A stretch of DNA of 63,654 nt, counting the filler, from Octopus bimaculoides (lineage: Eukaryota), in assembly GCF_001194135.2 (NCBI RefSeq). It is 6 parts of 6 records of this genome, joined end to end, with 100 filler letters (N's around TTAATTAATTAA, not from the genome) between each part and the next. Parts side by side here need not be neighbours in the genome. Positions count along the whole stretch, not along the records: positions 3,367 to 25,110 come from NC_068990.1; positions 25,211 to 27,803 come from NC_068984.1; 4 more parts are not named here. The stretch is one strand, 5' to 3'. The position numbers were made by a program, and so were the translations under genes. Shown in pieces: positions 13,641 to 26,053 of this stretch. Every line of letters begins with the position of its first letter. The first letter of the stretch is position 1. Below the pieces are notes generated by a model. It searched no databases, had not been told where the DNA came from, and saw nothing but the letters and a program-made list of their open reading frames with translations.

Positions 13641-14149
13641 TGTTATATTGAACAGTGAAATATGAGACGGCAAGTAGCTTTAAACTTGAGAAAATTTTTT
13701 GTTTGGAAAATAGCGCTTCTATCCAGTATGGTTTATCGGGGTAAAGAAAAAAAAAATAGTCATCTGATAAAACGGCTCTTCAGAAATGGTTCTCTTCTTG
13801 TGACACTTCTTTCCATTGGGAAGAAAAGCAAAAAAAAATGAATATTATGCTATATTGTGCAGCCCACATATCGGCTCTGATCGAAGATTAAAAGTTTACC
13901 ATTTGTTACCACTCCGCCTTTTAAAAGCATTGTGCATATTCGCCTATATTATCCAATGTATTCATTCCTATTTTACAATATAAGAATATGATTTAAAGGA
14001 CATTTGGTTGCTATTTGTAGCAGGTCAACCTACTCCCTTGAAGATTTTGTCATTGGTTAGTTTATTACTATAGATATAGGGTTAAGCTGAAGAAATTTTA
14101 AGGGAAGGGAGGTAACACTCGGCTAAAGTGAGGTCACATGCAGATAAAT

Positions 14150-14570
14150 CAAATATAGGAATAAATTAAGGGACGATACAGATTGAGATTATACTGGGGT
14201 AAGGTTAGGTGATACTGAACAAAGTAGGGGTAATAGTGGAATAAGGTGAGGTGATGCATAGTAAGATGAGATGATACGGAGGAAAGATGAGGAGACACGC
14301 ACGAGAAGTGAAGTAATACTACAAGACTGGGTGATATTGGCGTGAAGTGAAACAGGGATACGATGAAGTCATGTTGGGATGATATGAAGAGATATTGATG
14401 ATGGGGTAATATCAAAGCTAGATGATACAATGCTAGGGTCAGGTAAGGTAACGTTAATGTAAGGCGAGCTAATATTTTGGTAAGTTGAGGAAATATTGGG
14501 ATATAGTCAAGCACTAATGAAAAGTTTACTTGTTGACGATTTAATTCGGTATCAAGATTAAGTGCTAGCA
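14150..14570. repeat. Degenerate pentanucleotide-like (GGTAA/GATGA) low-complexity tract
   Basis: Recurring aggtaa, aggtga, gatga and gata units. Confidence 0.5.
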
Positions 14571-15084
14571 AGTATATTTGTAATTATACTTTCTCCAAGA
14601 TTAATTGTAAATATTACAAGACTTTGAAGAAAACCTATGACATACTTAGCTCCAACGTTTGTAAAGAATTACTCGACCTGCTAGAAATAGCAGCTAAATC
14701 TGTCTCCAATTACACACAAGCTGCTTTGGAAATAGAACACATTAAGAAATGTAATCGTCCATAAGCAATATGTCAAAAAAGAAAACGTTGTCAGAATAAC
14801 TTCAAACGTAAACCAAATTGACCCAAGACAAAAAGTTGTAAACAACTGCAGACCAGCACTCATCTGCTTTTGCAGACCATTCTTTTAGACCAACATTTAG
14901 ACCACAGCATCATCTCAGTATTTACATTACATATTCAATGGAAATACATATACATCAATATTCTCATACGAATACCCACCAACACACAGATATACACCCA
15001 CAAACACTCTACATGCACATGTTCAAGTATATAATCATGTACACATACACATGCTTACAACCTTGCTCAGGTGCATCCCACATT

Positions 15085-15148
15085 CAAATGCATATGCACT
15101 CAAATGCATATGCACTCAAATGCATATGCACTCAAATGCATATGCACT
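15085..15148. repeat. Perfect 16-bp tandem repeat x4 (CAAATGCATATGCACT)
   Basis: Four exact units read directly from the sequence. Confidence 0.95.
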
Positions 15149-16155
15149 CAATCACACATAGTAGATATATATATAAACACGCTTTTTCTCACACTCAACA
15201 CGTATATGAATATATATCCTCATATACTTCCCAATCATACAATTACATATAACCCCCTGCACATCACGCTCTAACGTAGATGTGACATGTTCCTGCACCA
15301 AACCAGTAATCTGACTTATTTGCCAACTCCTGGGAATTTCGGTATTGTTCTCTTTTTTTTTTTTTTAACACTAAACTTAATGTTTCCTCAAAGTGCAGGT
15401 TGACATTTTTGATATTTGTAATCCACTGCAAATGATCACGTAATAAATTACTAAACTTCATTCAAATGTCTCCATACATAACATAAAATATAAGCCAAGA
15501 AAATCCAGAGGTAAAAGCTGCGTCAGCATGCTAACAGTATTCAAGAAATATTTTAGTAATAAAGAATAAAACAATAAAAAGTAACTGTGNNNNNNNNNNN
15601 NNNNNNNNNNNNNNNNNNNNNNNNNNNNNNNNNNNNNNNNNNNNNNNNNNNNNNNNNNNNNNNNNNNNNNNNNNNNNNNNNNNNNNNNNNNNNNNNNNNN
15701 NNNNNNNNNNNNNNNNNNNNNNNNNNNNNNNNNNNNNNNNNNNNNNNNNNNNNNNNNNNNNNNNNNNNNNNNNNNNNNNNNNNNNNNNNNNNNNNNNNNN
15801 NNNNNNNNNNNNNNNNNNNNNNNNNNNNNNNNNNNNNNNNNNNNNNNNNNNNNNNNNNNNNNNNNNNNNNNNNNNNNNNNNNNNNNNNNNNNNNNNNNNN
15901 NNNNNNNNNNNNNNNNNNNNNNNNNNNNNNNNNNNNNNNNNNNNNNNNNNNNNNNNNNNNNNNNNNNNNNNNNNNNNNNNNNNNNNNNNNNNNNNNNNNN
16001 NNNNNNNNNNNNNNNNNNNNNNNNNNNNNNNNNNNNNNNNNNNNNNNNNNNNNNNNNNNNNNNNNNNNNNNNNNNNNNNNNNNNNNNNNNNNNNNNNNNN
16101 NNNNNNNNNNNNNNNNNNNNNNNNNNNNNNNNNNNNNNNNNNNNNNNNNNNNNNN

Positions 16156-16860
16156 AGGAAGAGATGGAAGCCCACAGGTGTTAAATCTGACGAATAAGGG
16201 CGGGTGCAGAAGTGACACCATGTTGTTTTAGGCGAGAAACTCATGAGCGAGGAGAGCTCCATGATAAGGTGTATTGCCGTCATGAAGAATCCAATTCTTC
16301 GCGCTTCACTGATCCGGTCGCTTCCACCGAATGTCCCCCCTCAAATGCTTCAAAACTTCGAGGTAAAACTCTTGATTGATGACCCGGCCCTGGGGGGGGG
16401 GGTGAATTCTCGATGCATAATCCCGCGGATGTCAAAGAAAAAAAAATCATGAGCATGCTCTCGATTGAGATGTAGCTCTACGTGCCTTTTTTCAGCTGTG
16501 AAGATGAAGGGCTTTCCATTGTGACGACTACTCCTTCGTCTCAGGGTCGTACCCATAGAATCAACTCTTGTCACCGGTGATGATCCTCGACATGAAGGAG
16601 GGGTCATCAGTGGAACGCTGACGGAGATCTTGACAGACTGTGTTGCGGTGTTCTCTCTGCTCAGTGGTCAGATGCGGGGGACAAACTTGGCAGAGACACG
16701 TCGCATATTCAACTCAGATGTTAGGATAATTTGCATGGACCCATACGATCCATACGACAGACCAACATCATCAATGTCATTGACTGTCCTCTGATGATCC
16801 TCATGCACAAGCTGATAAATTTTCTCCACTTTTCCGGGGTTGACACAAATCGGAAACAAG
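16156..16860 (-). mobile_element. Second mariner transposase relic from a different subfamily; 3' part lies in a gap
   Basis: Minus-strand MRRVSAKFVPRI, ITGDKS*FYGYDPETKE*SSQWK (GDETW..DPETK motif) and RPYSSDLTPVGFHLF (YSPDLAP..F.LF motif), with stops and frameshifts. Confidence 0.88.
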
Positions 16861-16901
16861 ACAAACGACATAATGAACATCACCTCATCAGTTGTTGGCT
16901 G

Positions 16902-16946
<45 letters not shown>

Positions 16947-17439
16947 GGCGCAAGAGTGACTATGTAGTAAGTAGCTTGCTTACCAACCACATGGTCCCGG
17001 GTTCATTCCCACTGCGGGGCACCTTGGGTAAGTGTCTTCTACTATAGCCTCGGGCCGACCAAAGCCTTGTGAGTGGATTTGGTAGACGGAAACTGAAAGA
17101 AGCCTGTCGTATATANNNNNNNNNNNNNNNNNNNNNNNNNNNNNNNNNNNNNNNNNNNNNNNNNNNNNNNNNNNNNNNNNNNNNNNNNNNNNNNNNNNNN
17201 NNNNNNNNNNATATATGTATGTATATGTGTGTATATGTTTGTGTGTCTGTGTTTGTCCCCTCAACATCGCTTGACAACCGATGCTGGTGTGTTTACGTCC
17301 CTGTAACTTAGCGGTTCGGCAAAAGAAACCGATAGAATAAGTATTAGGCATCCAAAGAATAAGTCCTGGGGTCGATTTGCTCGACTAAAGGCGGTGCTCC
17401 AGCATGGCCGCAGTCAAATGACTGAAACAAGTAAAAGAG
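16947..17439 (+). mobile_element. SINE family A, full-length, internal microsatellite in a gap
   Basis: Complete head and tail, flanked on both sides by (ATT)n. Confidence 0.9.
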
Positions 17440-17455
17440 TACTATTATTATTATT

Positions 17456-17516
<61 letters not shown>

Positions 17517-17882
17517 TTATTTTATAAACATAAATCCCAAAATGCTGTAATGCAGCAATCCAAACTGTAAACAAAAGCTACAAAAGAATAAAATAGATAC
17601 ACCTTTTTAAATTACCGTGACAATCCCTGTCAGCAGCGCCACAAAAGAACTGGCGGAACAAAATTGTAAAGACATGGAAACTGACAATTTCTTTAAGCAA
17701 ATGTTGAAACGTTCAACTGAAAGAAACCAAAACTGAAAGATAATGAAGTGATTAAAAGTATAGATTTCGTGTAAGATATAAAAACAGAATTTCATAAAAT
17801 TTAAATCATAAAGGAATGTGTGGGGTGGGAGCTCCCACGCCCACATTAAAAAAATTGGGAACTATATGTATGATATATATGC

Positions 17883-17957
<75 letters not shown>

Positions 17958-18281
17958 ACGCACTTATCACACACCCACTCACATACACACTCACACATTC
18001 ATACGTGTACATATTCACAAACGTATACACATATATATGCACACACAATAAAAATTGTGACGAAAACACAATTGCAAGTGTGTGTTTCTAAGTGGTAGAG
18101 GAGGAAACGTGCCAACTTCTGCCTTTGCTGCTACTTACCTCCTCCTCCTCCTCCTACTACTACTACTACTTATAATAAGGATGATGTTTTGCAGCGGTTT
18201 CGACTACAACACAATATAAGTGTGTATGTTTGTCTTATGTAAGTGTGTGTCTGTTTAGCGATACACACTTAATACATACAT

Positions 18282-18800
18282 TTGCCAGTTGTAAAACGTG
18301 TCAGAGCAGTTCTTACCAGTGATTCAGTTTGGTTTCAGGTGAGAGAGATCAATCACAGCATGACCTTCACACTACGACAACCTCAGGACAAAGAAGTGGA
18401 GCAACACCTTCCCTTCTTCGTGGTGTTTGTAGACTCTTCCACGGCACGACACGGTGGGCCAGGAAATTCTTTTGAAAGTGGTAGAGGTTGATGGATGCCC
18501 TAAAAAGCCTGTTAACATCATCAAGCAGTTTCACACAGGAATAAAAGGGCTAGTCGCAAATGCCCATGATTTCTTGGAGCTTCCCCTTCTGGAGTGTGCA
18601 ATGGTCCCTGAAAAAGGCTACTTGCACACTGGCATCACTGCCTCAGTCTGCTAGCGCTTAGGGTTTCGACAGTGACTGCGACCATCTGCAGCGAGCCGTC
18701 TGCGTGCAGAGTTCTTTGCTAGCAGCTTCTAGTTACTTAAACCTGCTGTTGTCACATTCACTCCGTCGCCACAGGGCTTCTCATTTCTCTAAACAAAACA
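18282..18800 (+). mobile_element. RTE-clade LINE reverse-transcriptase fragment
   Basis: MTFTLRQPQDKEVEQHLPFFVVFVD and GCPKKPVNIIKQFHTGIKGLV match the RTE RT pattern IFTLRQLQEK..EQ..PL...FVD..KAFD / GCP.KF..IIRQFH.GM. Confidence 0.75.
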
Positions 18801-19449
18801 CCTTGGATGGTGCGTAAAGCGCTTGATGGAATTCACACCAGGTACAATCTGATGTAACAGAGTGCAACGAACATAATCGACATTGAGGCTGATCCACACT
18901 AGCAACTCACTTGCTAGTTGATGCTCAACGGTTGTCTGTTGGAACAGATCTTCCGCTTAACCGCAATAACCTTCAAGCCATTAGTTTAGGACTCCTCCGC
19001 CCTATCGATTATCCAACGTCCAGCTAGCAACGCTTTCATCGTATGCCTAGTTCGGGAGGCTAAGGGCTATTTCCCCAGTCTACAGACGGAATAGACGGCT
19101 AGCTTTCCCTTTTACTGTCTGCCACTGGCGCGGGTACCGGACCGAGGCAAATAGTGATATGTCGAATACCATACAACGAAAATTCTTGATTTACTATCTG
19201 TCTGCCCAAGATATATCATAATTACCAAATGACTGTTATTACCAGCTCTATTCCAGGAGGGGAGATAATCTCAAGATTCAAGAATTTCTCCAAAACTGAC
19301 ATGCTGTGAGAACATTCGTGGGTACATGCTCCTGGCTGAATAGTCTTTATCAGCACGAAATTTGTCCGACTTTATCTCCAACAGCCAAAGGACTTAGGAC
19401 TTAAGCTAATAGAAAACCTGGTAGAAATCAGTTATGGCTAAGGTGTGTA

Positions 19450-19465
19450 TCCTCCTCCTCCTCCT

Positions 19466-19516
<51 letters not shown>

Positions 19517-19526
19517 GTCGTCATCG

Positions 19527-19594
<68 letters not shown>

Positions 19595-19615
19595 ATCATC
19601 ATCATCATCATCATT
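19450..19615. repeat. (CAT)n/(CGT)n triplet tract, probably the (GAT)n tail of the adjacent element
   Basis: Read directly; abuts 19616-19810. Confidence 0.9.
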
Positions 19616-19810
19616 TAATGTCCGTTTTCAATGATGGCATGGGTTAGACGCTTTGACTGAAAACTGGTAAGCTGGGGAGCTGCACCAGGTTCCAATCTGA
19701 TTTGGCATGGTTTCTACAGCTCGATGCCCTTCCTAACACCAACCTTTCCAAGAGTGTAGTGGGTCCAATTATGTGGCACCGTCATCGGCATCGGCCACGA
19801 TGTCACTTCA
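19616..19810 (-). mobile_element. 3' end of an RTE-type LINE or RTE-dependent SINE
   Basis: Contains gatgcccttcctaacaccaac, which I recognise as an RTE-type 3' motif, and runs into a (GAT)n tail on the minus strand. Confidence 0.55.
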
Positions 19811-19906
19811 CTTCACGAGTCTTCTGAAGAATATATATAGATATGTGTGTGTGTATGTGGGTGTGTGGTTGTATATATATATATGAGTGCATGTCTGCAT
19901 ACGTCC

Positions 19907-19944
<38 letters not shown>

Positions 19945-20678
19945 GTATGAGTGCATGTCTGCATGCTTCCGTGTGTATGTGTGTGTGCGCGTATGTACAT
20001 GCTTGCATGTGTGTGTATGCGCGTTTATGTTTATGTACACATGTATTTGTATGATTGTGTATGTGTGTGCTACCATCTCTGGATTATATATGTGCAGATA
20101 TTTCAACTCACAAAATAATTTTACGGATGAATTGAAAAATTACTCAATGTTTAGGCTGAAGATATTACTTTTGTATTAGCTCAGGTCAATTCATATTTCG
20201 TTACCCTGAGAATGATGTCCATGCTTCTGGTTGACTTCACCCGTTTTGTGAGAGGCAAGGCAGTGATCATTGCCTGCCGGATTACTTCTGAAAATAGTGT
20301 TCTTTTATAATTGAAAAATATAATTTATTTTCATGACATCACTTTGATATTAACTCTTATATTCTACGTATTGTAACTAAAGAAGAAACCCGTGAGATTC
20401 TAAAGAAATTCCAATGAGAAAAAATTGTAAATATTAACGAAAGCAACAGACATGAAAGCCTTCGAATCAGAATGAATCGCAAATATAAATCACTGCATAC
20501 CCGAAATTTCTAATCCCGATGAAGCTATGGAGAAGTCCACGGCTAGTTGAAACATTTCTGTTTTATCATCCGAATAGACCATCATTTGACTGCTGCGAGC
20601 TATTCCTGTCCATGAATCACTTTCGGTCATGAATCTTTGAGTAATGTGATATGAATGGAGTAGAAGCTTACGCATGTT

Positions 20679-20738
<60 letters not shown>

Positions 20739-20929
20739 ATATATATATATGCATATATATANNNNNNNNNNNNNNNNNNNNNNNNNNNNNNNNNNNNNNN
20801 NNNNNNNNNNNNNNNNNNNNNNNNNNNNNNNNNNNNNNNNNNNNNNNNNNNNNNNNNNNNNNNNNNNNNNNNNNNNNNNNNNNNTATATATATATCTGCG
20901 TGTGTGTGTGTCTGTCTGTCTGTCTCTTC

Positions 20930-21740
20930 TGTAGTTAATCATTTAAATTCTTCCTCTGAAGGACCTGGTTTTCTAACAAAGATACAAAGCTCCCTCTTTG
21001 AAATGTAGATAACGAAAGCAATGTCACATTTTAGACTTGAGAAAAGTCTTATATAGTTGTACTGTTCTGCTTACAGATTGTATCTGTAATGTACGAATCT
21101 GTTGGTTGATTTCTTTTTCTGAAAATTCAAGCTTATCCAGACTGACAGGCACTTACTTACAAACTCAAGTGCTCCAGTTATTATTGGAATGAATGTAAAT
21201 TTGTGATTCAGATATAGAAGCTGAAGTTTTCGAAGCAGCTGTCCATAATTATCTTCTTTCTCCTTGATTTTCAAAGAGATATTCACATAAGCGGGACAGC
21301 TGACCTCTATGACGGTACATACTTTTTCTTGTCTGCTTCAAGCAACAATAGCCGGTCTGTTATGCTTACACTTGAAAGATGTGTTGATGTGGATCTTCCA
21401 CCAGTATTCCTTGTGCTGGTATTTGTATATGTATTCAATAACGGGGAATTCTCTATATTGGTTCCAGGATAATCTTCTTTTTTTTTTCTGAATGGCACTA
21501 TATATTGTTTTTGCGATATCATCATGTCGCATTGGGAGGTAGTAACTTAATGACATTTTGGGGCAGCTTCTAATCACATGTGTAATGTTTTTCACAGAAA
21601 TATACCATAATCTACATTTACGGTTGCATCTTGGAACAGCAAGGGCTTCACTATCTCTTTTGTTGGTTAGGTATTTAGTAACAATCTCCTGTTCTTGGAT
21701 TGTAAATGCATAGCCTTCGAAGTGTAATGTGATATAGTGG
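20930..21740 (-). mobile_element. R4/Dong-type non-LTR retrotransposon, 3' fragment (zinc knuckle and restriction-like endonuclease)
   Basis: FEGYAFTIQEQEI, CRLW..NITHVIRSC..RHD (CCHC knuckle followed by RHD), KHNRPAIV (RPD-like) and EKEDNYGQL..FIPIITGAL, in the order typical of RLE-clade C-termini. Frameshifted. Confidence 0.85.
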
Positions 21741-21744
21741 TCTC

Positions 21745-24110
21745 GAGGCCAAGAGAGGCTTCGCATATGATCTAGCTTGGCCTTCTTCGTCCTTTCAAGA
21801 GCCCATGGACCACGCCTTTGCACTTAGCAAAGAAAGGTGCCGTCGATTTTCGTCCTTGTGGTGACTTTAGAAGGCTTAATACTGTCACGGTTCGAGATCG
21901 TTATCCGATTCCACTTACAAGATTTTTCTTCTGCCCTACATGGATGCAAATCTTTTTCCAAAAACGACCTGGTACATGCATGCCATCAAATTCCCGTTAA
22001 CCTGGAATATATACCCAAGACTGCAGTAACAACGCCTTTCGGAGCATTTGAATTTTTATCCATACCTTTTGGTCTTCGTAACGCAGCAAGCATATTCCAG
22101 AGATTTACAGATGAGGTCGTTCGTGGCTTACCTTTTGTTTTCGCATATGTGAACGATCTCCTAATTGCCAGCATCACTCAGGATCAACATATCCAGAATT
22201 TAACACATTTGTTCCAACGTTTGCGTTCTTTTAGTGTGAAGATCAGTCCGTCCAAGTGTGAGTTTGGATCTTCCAGCTTGAAACATTTGGGACACCTCAT
22301 AGACGCTGATGGCACTCGCCTGCTTCCTTCTAAAGTTGAGGCCTTCAAACATTTGTTACCTCATGTTTCTTTAAAACAGTTAAGAACATTTCAGGGTCTA
22401 ATTAATTTCTATAGAAGATTCATTTCCAACTGTGCGGAAAAGTTGTCTCCTTTGACACAGCATTTAAAAGGACAGCCGACTGAAAATGCTGATATTTCAT
22501 TGTCTCCTACTGCTTTGCAAGATTTCGAAAAAGTGAAGACCGAGCTAGCCAACGCATCCTATTTGGTTCATCCTGTTCCTGACGCCAGTCTGTCTCTAAC
22601 AGTTGACACTTCTAATTTAGCTGTGGATGCTGTGTTGCAGCAAACTGTAAATGGACAAGCTCAACCATTGGCTTTCTTTTCTCACCAACTGAAACCTGCT
22701 GAATTGCGTTACAACATTTTCAGTAAAGGAGTTTTACCTATTTATCTTGCGGTGAAGAACTTCGCTCATCTTCTCGAGGATAGGGAGTTCACGTTCACCG
22801 ATCATAAACCGTTAACGTTTGCCCTGTTTACCAAAACTGGCCAGTGCTCGACCAGAGAGACCAGGCACTTGGATTATATTTCACCGTTCACCAGTGACAT
22901 TCACCACATTGCGGGCACAGACAAATTTCCTGCAGACGCCCTGTCTTGCCTCCCAGCTTGTTCTTTGTCATCTCCTGCCTCAATTGATCTGGTCGCTATG
23001 GCTGCAGACCAATCCTCCTTGGACTCTTTGGCCGTGAGTTCACTACAGCTTTCTTGTTGCAAATACGAGCACATGCCTCTTCCATCATCTGAATGGACCA
23101 TTCTTTATGATGCTTCCACTGGGTCACCCCGACCCCTGGTCCCTGAGCATTATTGTGGTCCTGTTTTCAAAGCCTTGCACTCACTATCACACCCAGGCAT
23201 TGCGGCCACAGTTAAGCTTATTTCGGCTCGATTTTTCTGGCCGAATATGCGACGTTCTATTATTGTTTGGCCGCGCGCCTGTCTAAATTGTCAGCGTGCG
23301 AAATTATACAGACATGTGCGAGCTCCTTTGGGGCACTTCCAGCGACCGGATTCTAGGTTCCAACACATTCATATCGGCATTGTTGGTCCGTGGCCTATCA
23401 GTTGCGGGTTCACGTATATCCTGACCTGCATTGACAGATTCTCCAGATGGCCTGAAGCCATTCCTCTAGCAGACATGTCTGCTGACTGTTGCCAGAGCAC
23501 TCATTTCAGGTTGGATCTCTCGTTCTGAGAGTACCCTCCAGGATCACGACTGATGGCGGTCGCCAGTTTGAAGCGAGTCTATTTCGTGAACTGTCACAAT
23601 TACTCGAAATGCAGCATATTCACACCACAAGCTACCAGCCGCTGCGAACGGAATGGTAGGGCGTTTCCATAGGCAGCTAAAACCAGCGATTCGTGCTGGT
23701 CTGAATTCCTTCCTATTGTTCTACAGGGCTGCCGTTCATCCATCGAAGCAGATTTGGGATACTCTTCTGCCGAATTCTTGTATGGCACCACTTTAGCACT
23801 ACCTGGCCAAATGTTAGCACCCATTGTGTACAGAATGCCTACCCAACTTTGTATATCATTCATCTTAGATCCTTCTTTGGGGACCTACCTTCAATGTTGC
23901 CTAGACCTTTTGCGGTTCCTTCTAACATATACACATGAACTCATGTCTTTATTCGGAACGATTCCATTAAGGGTCCAATAATGCCGCCTTATTCTGATCC
24001 TTAATGTGTAATTAAGCGCACAGAGAAACTGTTTACTGTGAACAAGAACAGAAGAGATATAACTGTCTCTGTCGACAGAGTTAAAAAAGCCTTCACCGAA
24101 ACGGACACAC
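21745..24110 (+). mobile_element. Gypsy/Ty3 LTR retrotransposon pol pseudogene (RT, RNase H, integrase); gag and protease absent
   Basis: RPFKSPWTTPLH..RPCGDFRRLN..DRYPIP, TAVTTPFG.FEF..PFGLRNA..FQR, YVND (from YxDD), RNase H LTVDTS..FTDHKPL, integrase HSLSHPG..CLNC, ITTDGGRQFE and TVSVDRVK. ORF 21837-23528 plus frameshifted continuations. Confidence 0.95.
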
Positions 24111-24637
24111 CTGTCTTCGACAGACATTTTCATGCCCAGAACCACGACAAGCACCTACACCCAACAAAACAAACAAAATGCAAAGACACTCTACACCAAG
24201 CTCAACCCGTTCGGGAAGGTTGGTACATTGGCCGAAAAGACTATCAAAAGCAATTTCTATACGACTTTCTTCCCCGCGTTTACTGTTACGGTGACGCTCA
24301 TGTGTTTTCCAATTTCACATTCTTGTTGCAAAACAAAAAAAGAGAAAAAACAAAACCGCACAGACATTTATATATATGTCCACACTACACACACGCACTC
24401 TGTTTCCTTGCATCACATACATCCATACAGCTGTATATATGTCCAAAAGCACCACACTCACACTGTTGTTTTCCTTTCGTATGCCTGTTGCATTTACTTC
24501 TGTTCTTTGTGCACGCAGATTTTTTCTCAAGTTTTTTTTTCTTTTTTCACATTGTACACATTTCTCCCACTGTTGCCTCATTGCAATCTCTGTGCTTTTC
24601 CGTCCATCGTTCATTATTTCTGACTTCAAGTCTTGCA

Positions 24638-24882
24638 GTGAGGGAGGCATGTAGATAGTTACCGCCCTTGAAGCCAGTTGTCTCATCCATTGACCACTGG
24701 ATGGCGCACGTCGTGGTGTTGCATTGTGCGAGAATTATATCTACAGCTTTTGAACGGCGCAACCAAAGTGATTAGACGTGTTTTCTTCCTGCTGTGATTC
24801 CAAGTGATGTAACGGTCAAACATAACCACCTCTTGCATACGAATACGAACGCTCAGAAACTGCCTTTATCTCTTTCTATACA
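24638..24882 (+). mobile_element. Candidate polypurine tract and 3' LTR of the Gypsy element
   Basis: Purine run GTGAGGGAGGCA (24638-24649), then TGTAG.. at 24650 and ..TATACA at 24882 (TG..CA), about 550 bp after the integrase end. No 5' LTR is available for confirmation. Confidence 0.4.
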
Positions 24883-25058
24883 AATACTGTAATTTGCATG
24901 CAGTATCAAGATTGAAACAACTTACGGGCGTATTTGCAAATTCTTATCGTCTTTTTATTCTTGTAATTGGTGAATGTCTGCCTTCTACGTTTCAGCTTTC
25001 GTTTTTAGGAACAAAAGTACCAAATGTGTGTGTGTATGCACACACACACACACACACG

Positions 25059-25110
<52 letters not shown>

Positions 25111-26009
25111 NNNNNNNNNNNNNNNNNNNNNNNNNNNNNNNNNNNNNNNNNNNNTTAATTAATTAANNNNNNNNNNNNNNNNNNNNNNNNNNNNNNNNNN
25201 NNNNNNNNNNCTTACACTTGAAAACATAAACGAGAAGAAATTGTTGAGAAATATCAAAAAAAACCCCAAAGAGTTACTTACAGCCGGTAATTTATAATAA
25301 TGCTTCGATCAAAACTCCGCCCATCATTTTGGTAAGAATACATGCTATTTGGCTTTTAAAAATTCTACCGCCACTTAGATCAGAAAAGGACTACCTTGTG
25401 TATGACACGTTTAAAATTAAGAAAAAATTGTAATACGAGGGACCAACCCTGAGCAGACTGTATTTTGATGCCCTTACAAGGATGTGTTCATGTATGTATG
25501 TATGTATGTATGTATGTATGTATGTATTTATGTATGTATGTACATATGCGTGCAAATTGTATGTTTTGTTTTATGAATGCCTTTTCATGCATGTACTTGC
25601 GTATCTGGACATGCTCATATATATTTAAATGATTATTATGTATGTATGTACGTATGTATGTGTGTTTGTGTGTGTGTGTGTGAGCGTACGCGCGCCTGCA
25701 TACATATGTTTGTGTGTGTGTGTAAGTGCGTGTGTGAGTGTCCACGCGTGTATATTGTTTTTGCATTTGGTTGGCAAAAGTTTTGATGCGCAATCGTTCA
25801 GTCAATCAATCAGACAGCTAGGTTTATCAAAGACCCTTTGTCGCCATTCGCGACATCCTCAAATAGTCGATTATTTAACTAGTTAAATGGTTAACCAAAT
25901 TACTGCTCATAAAAAAGTAAGTGAAATAAAACCAGTGTCCGTTGTTATAATTAGCATAACAATTCTTCCGAGATACAACCGTGTATGTATATATGTATAT
26001 TCTCCCATA

Positions 26010-26053
<44 letters not shown>

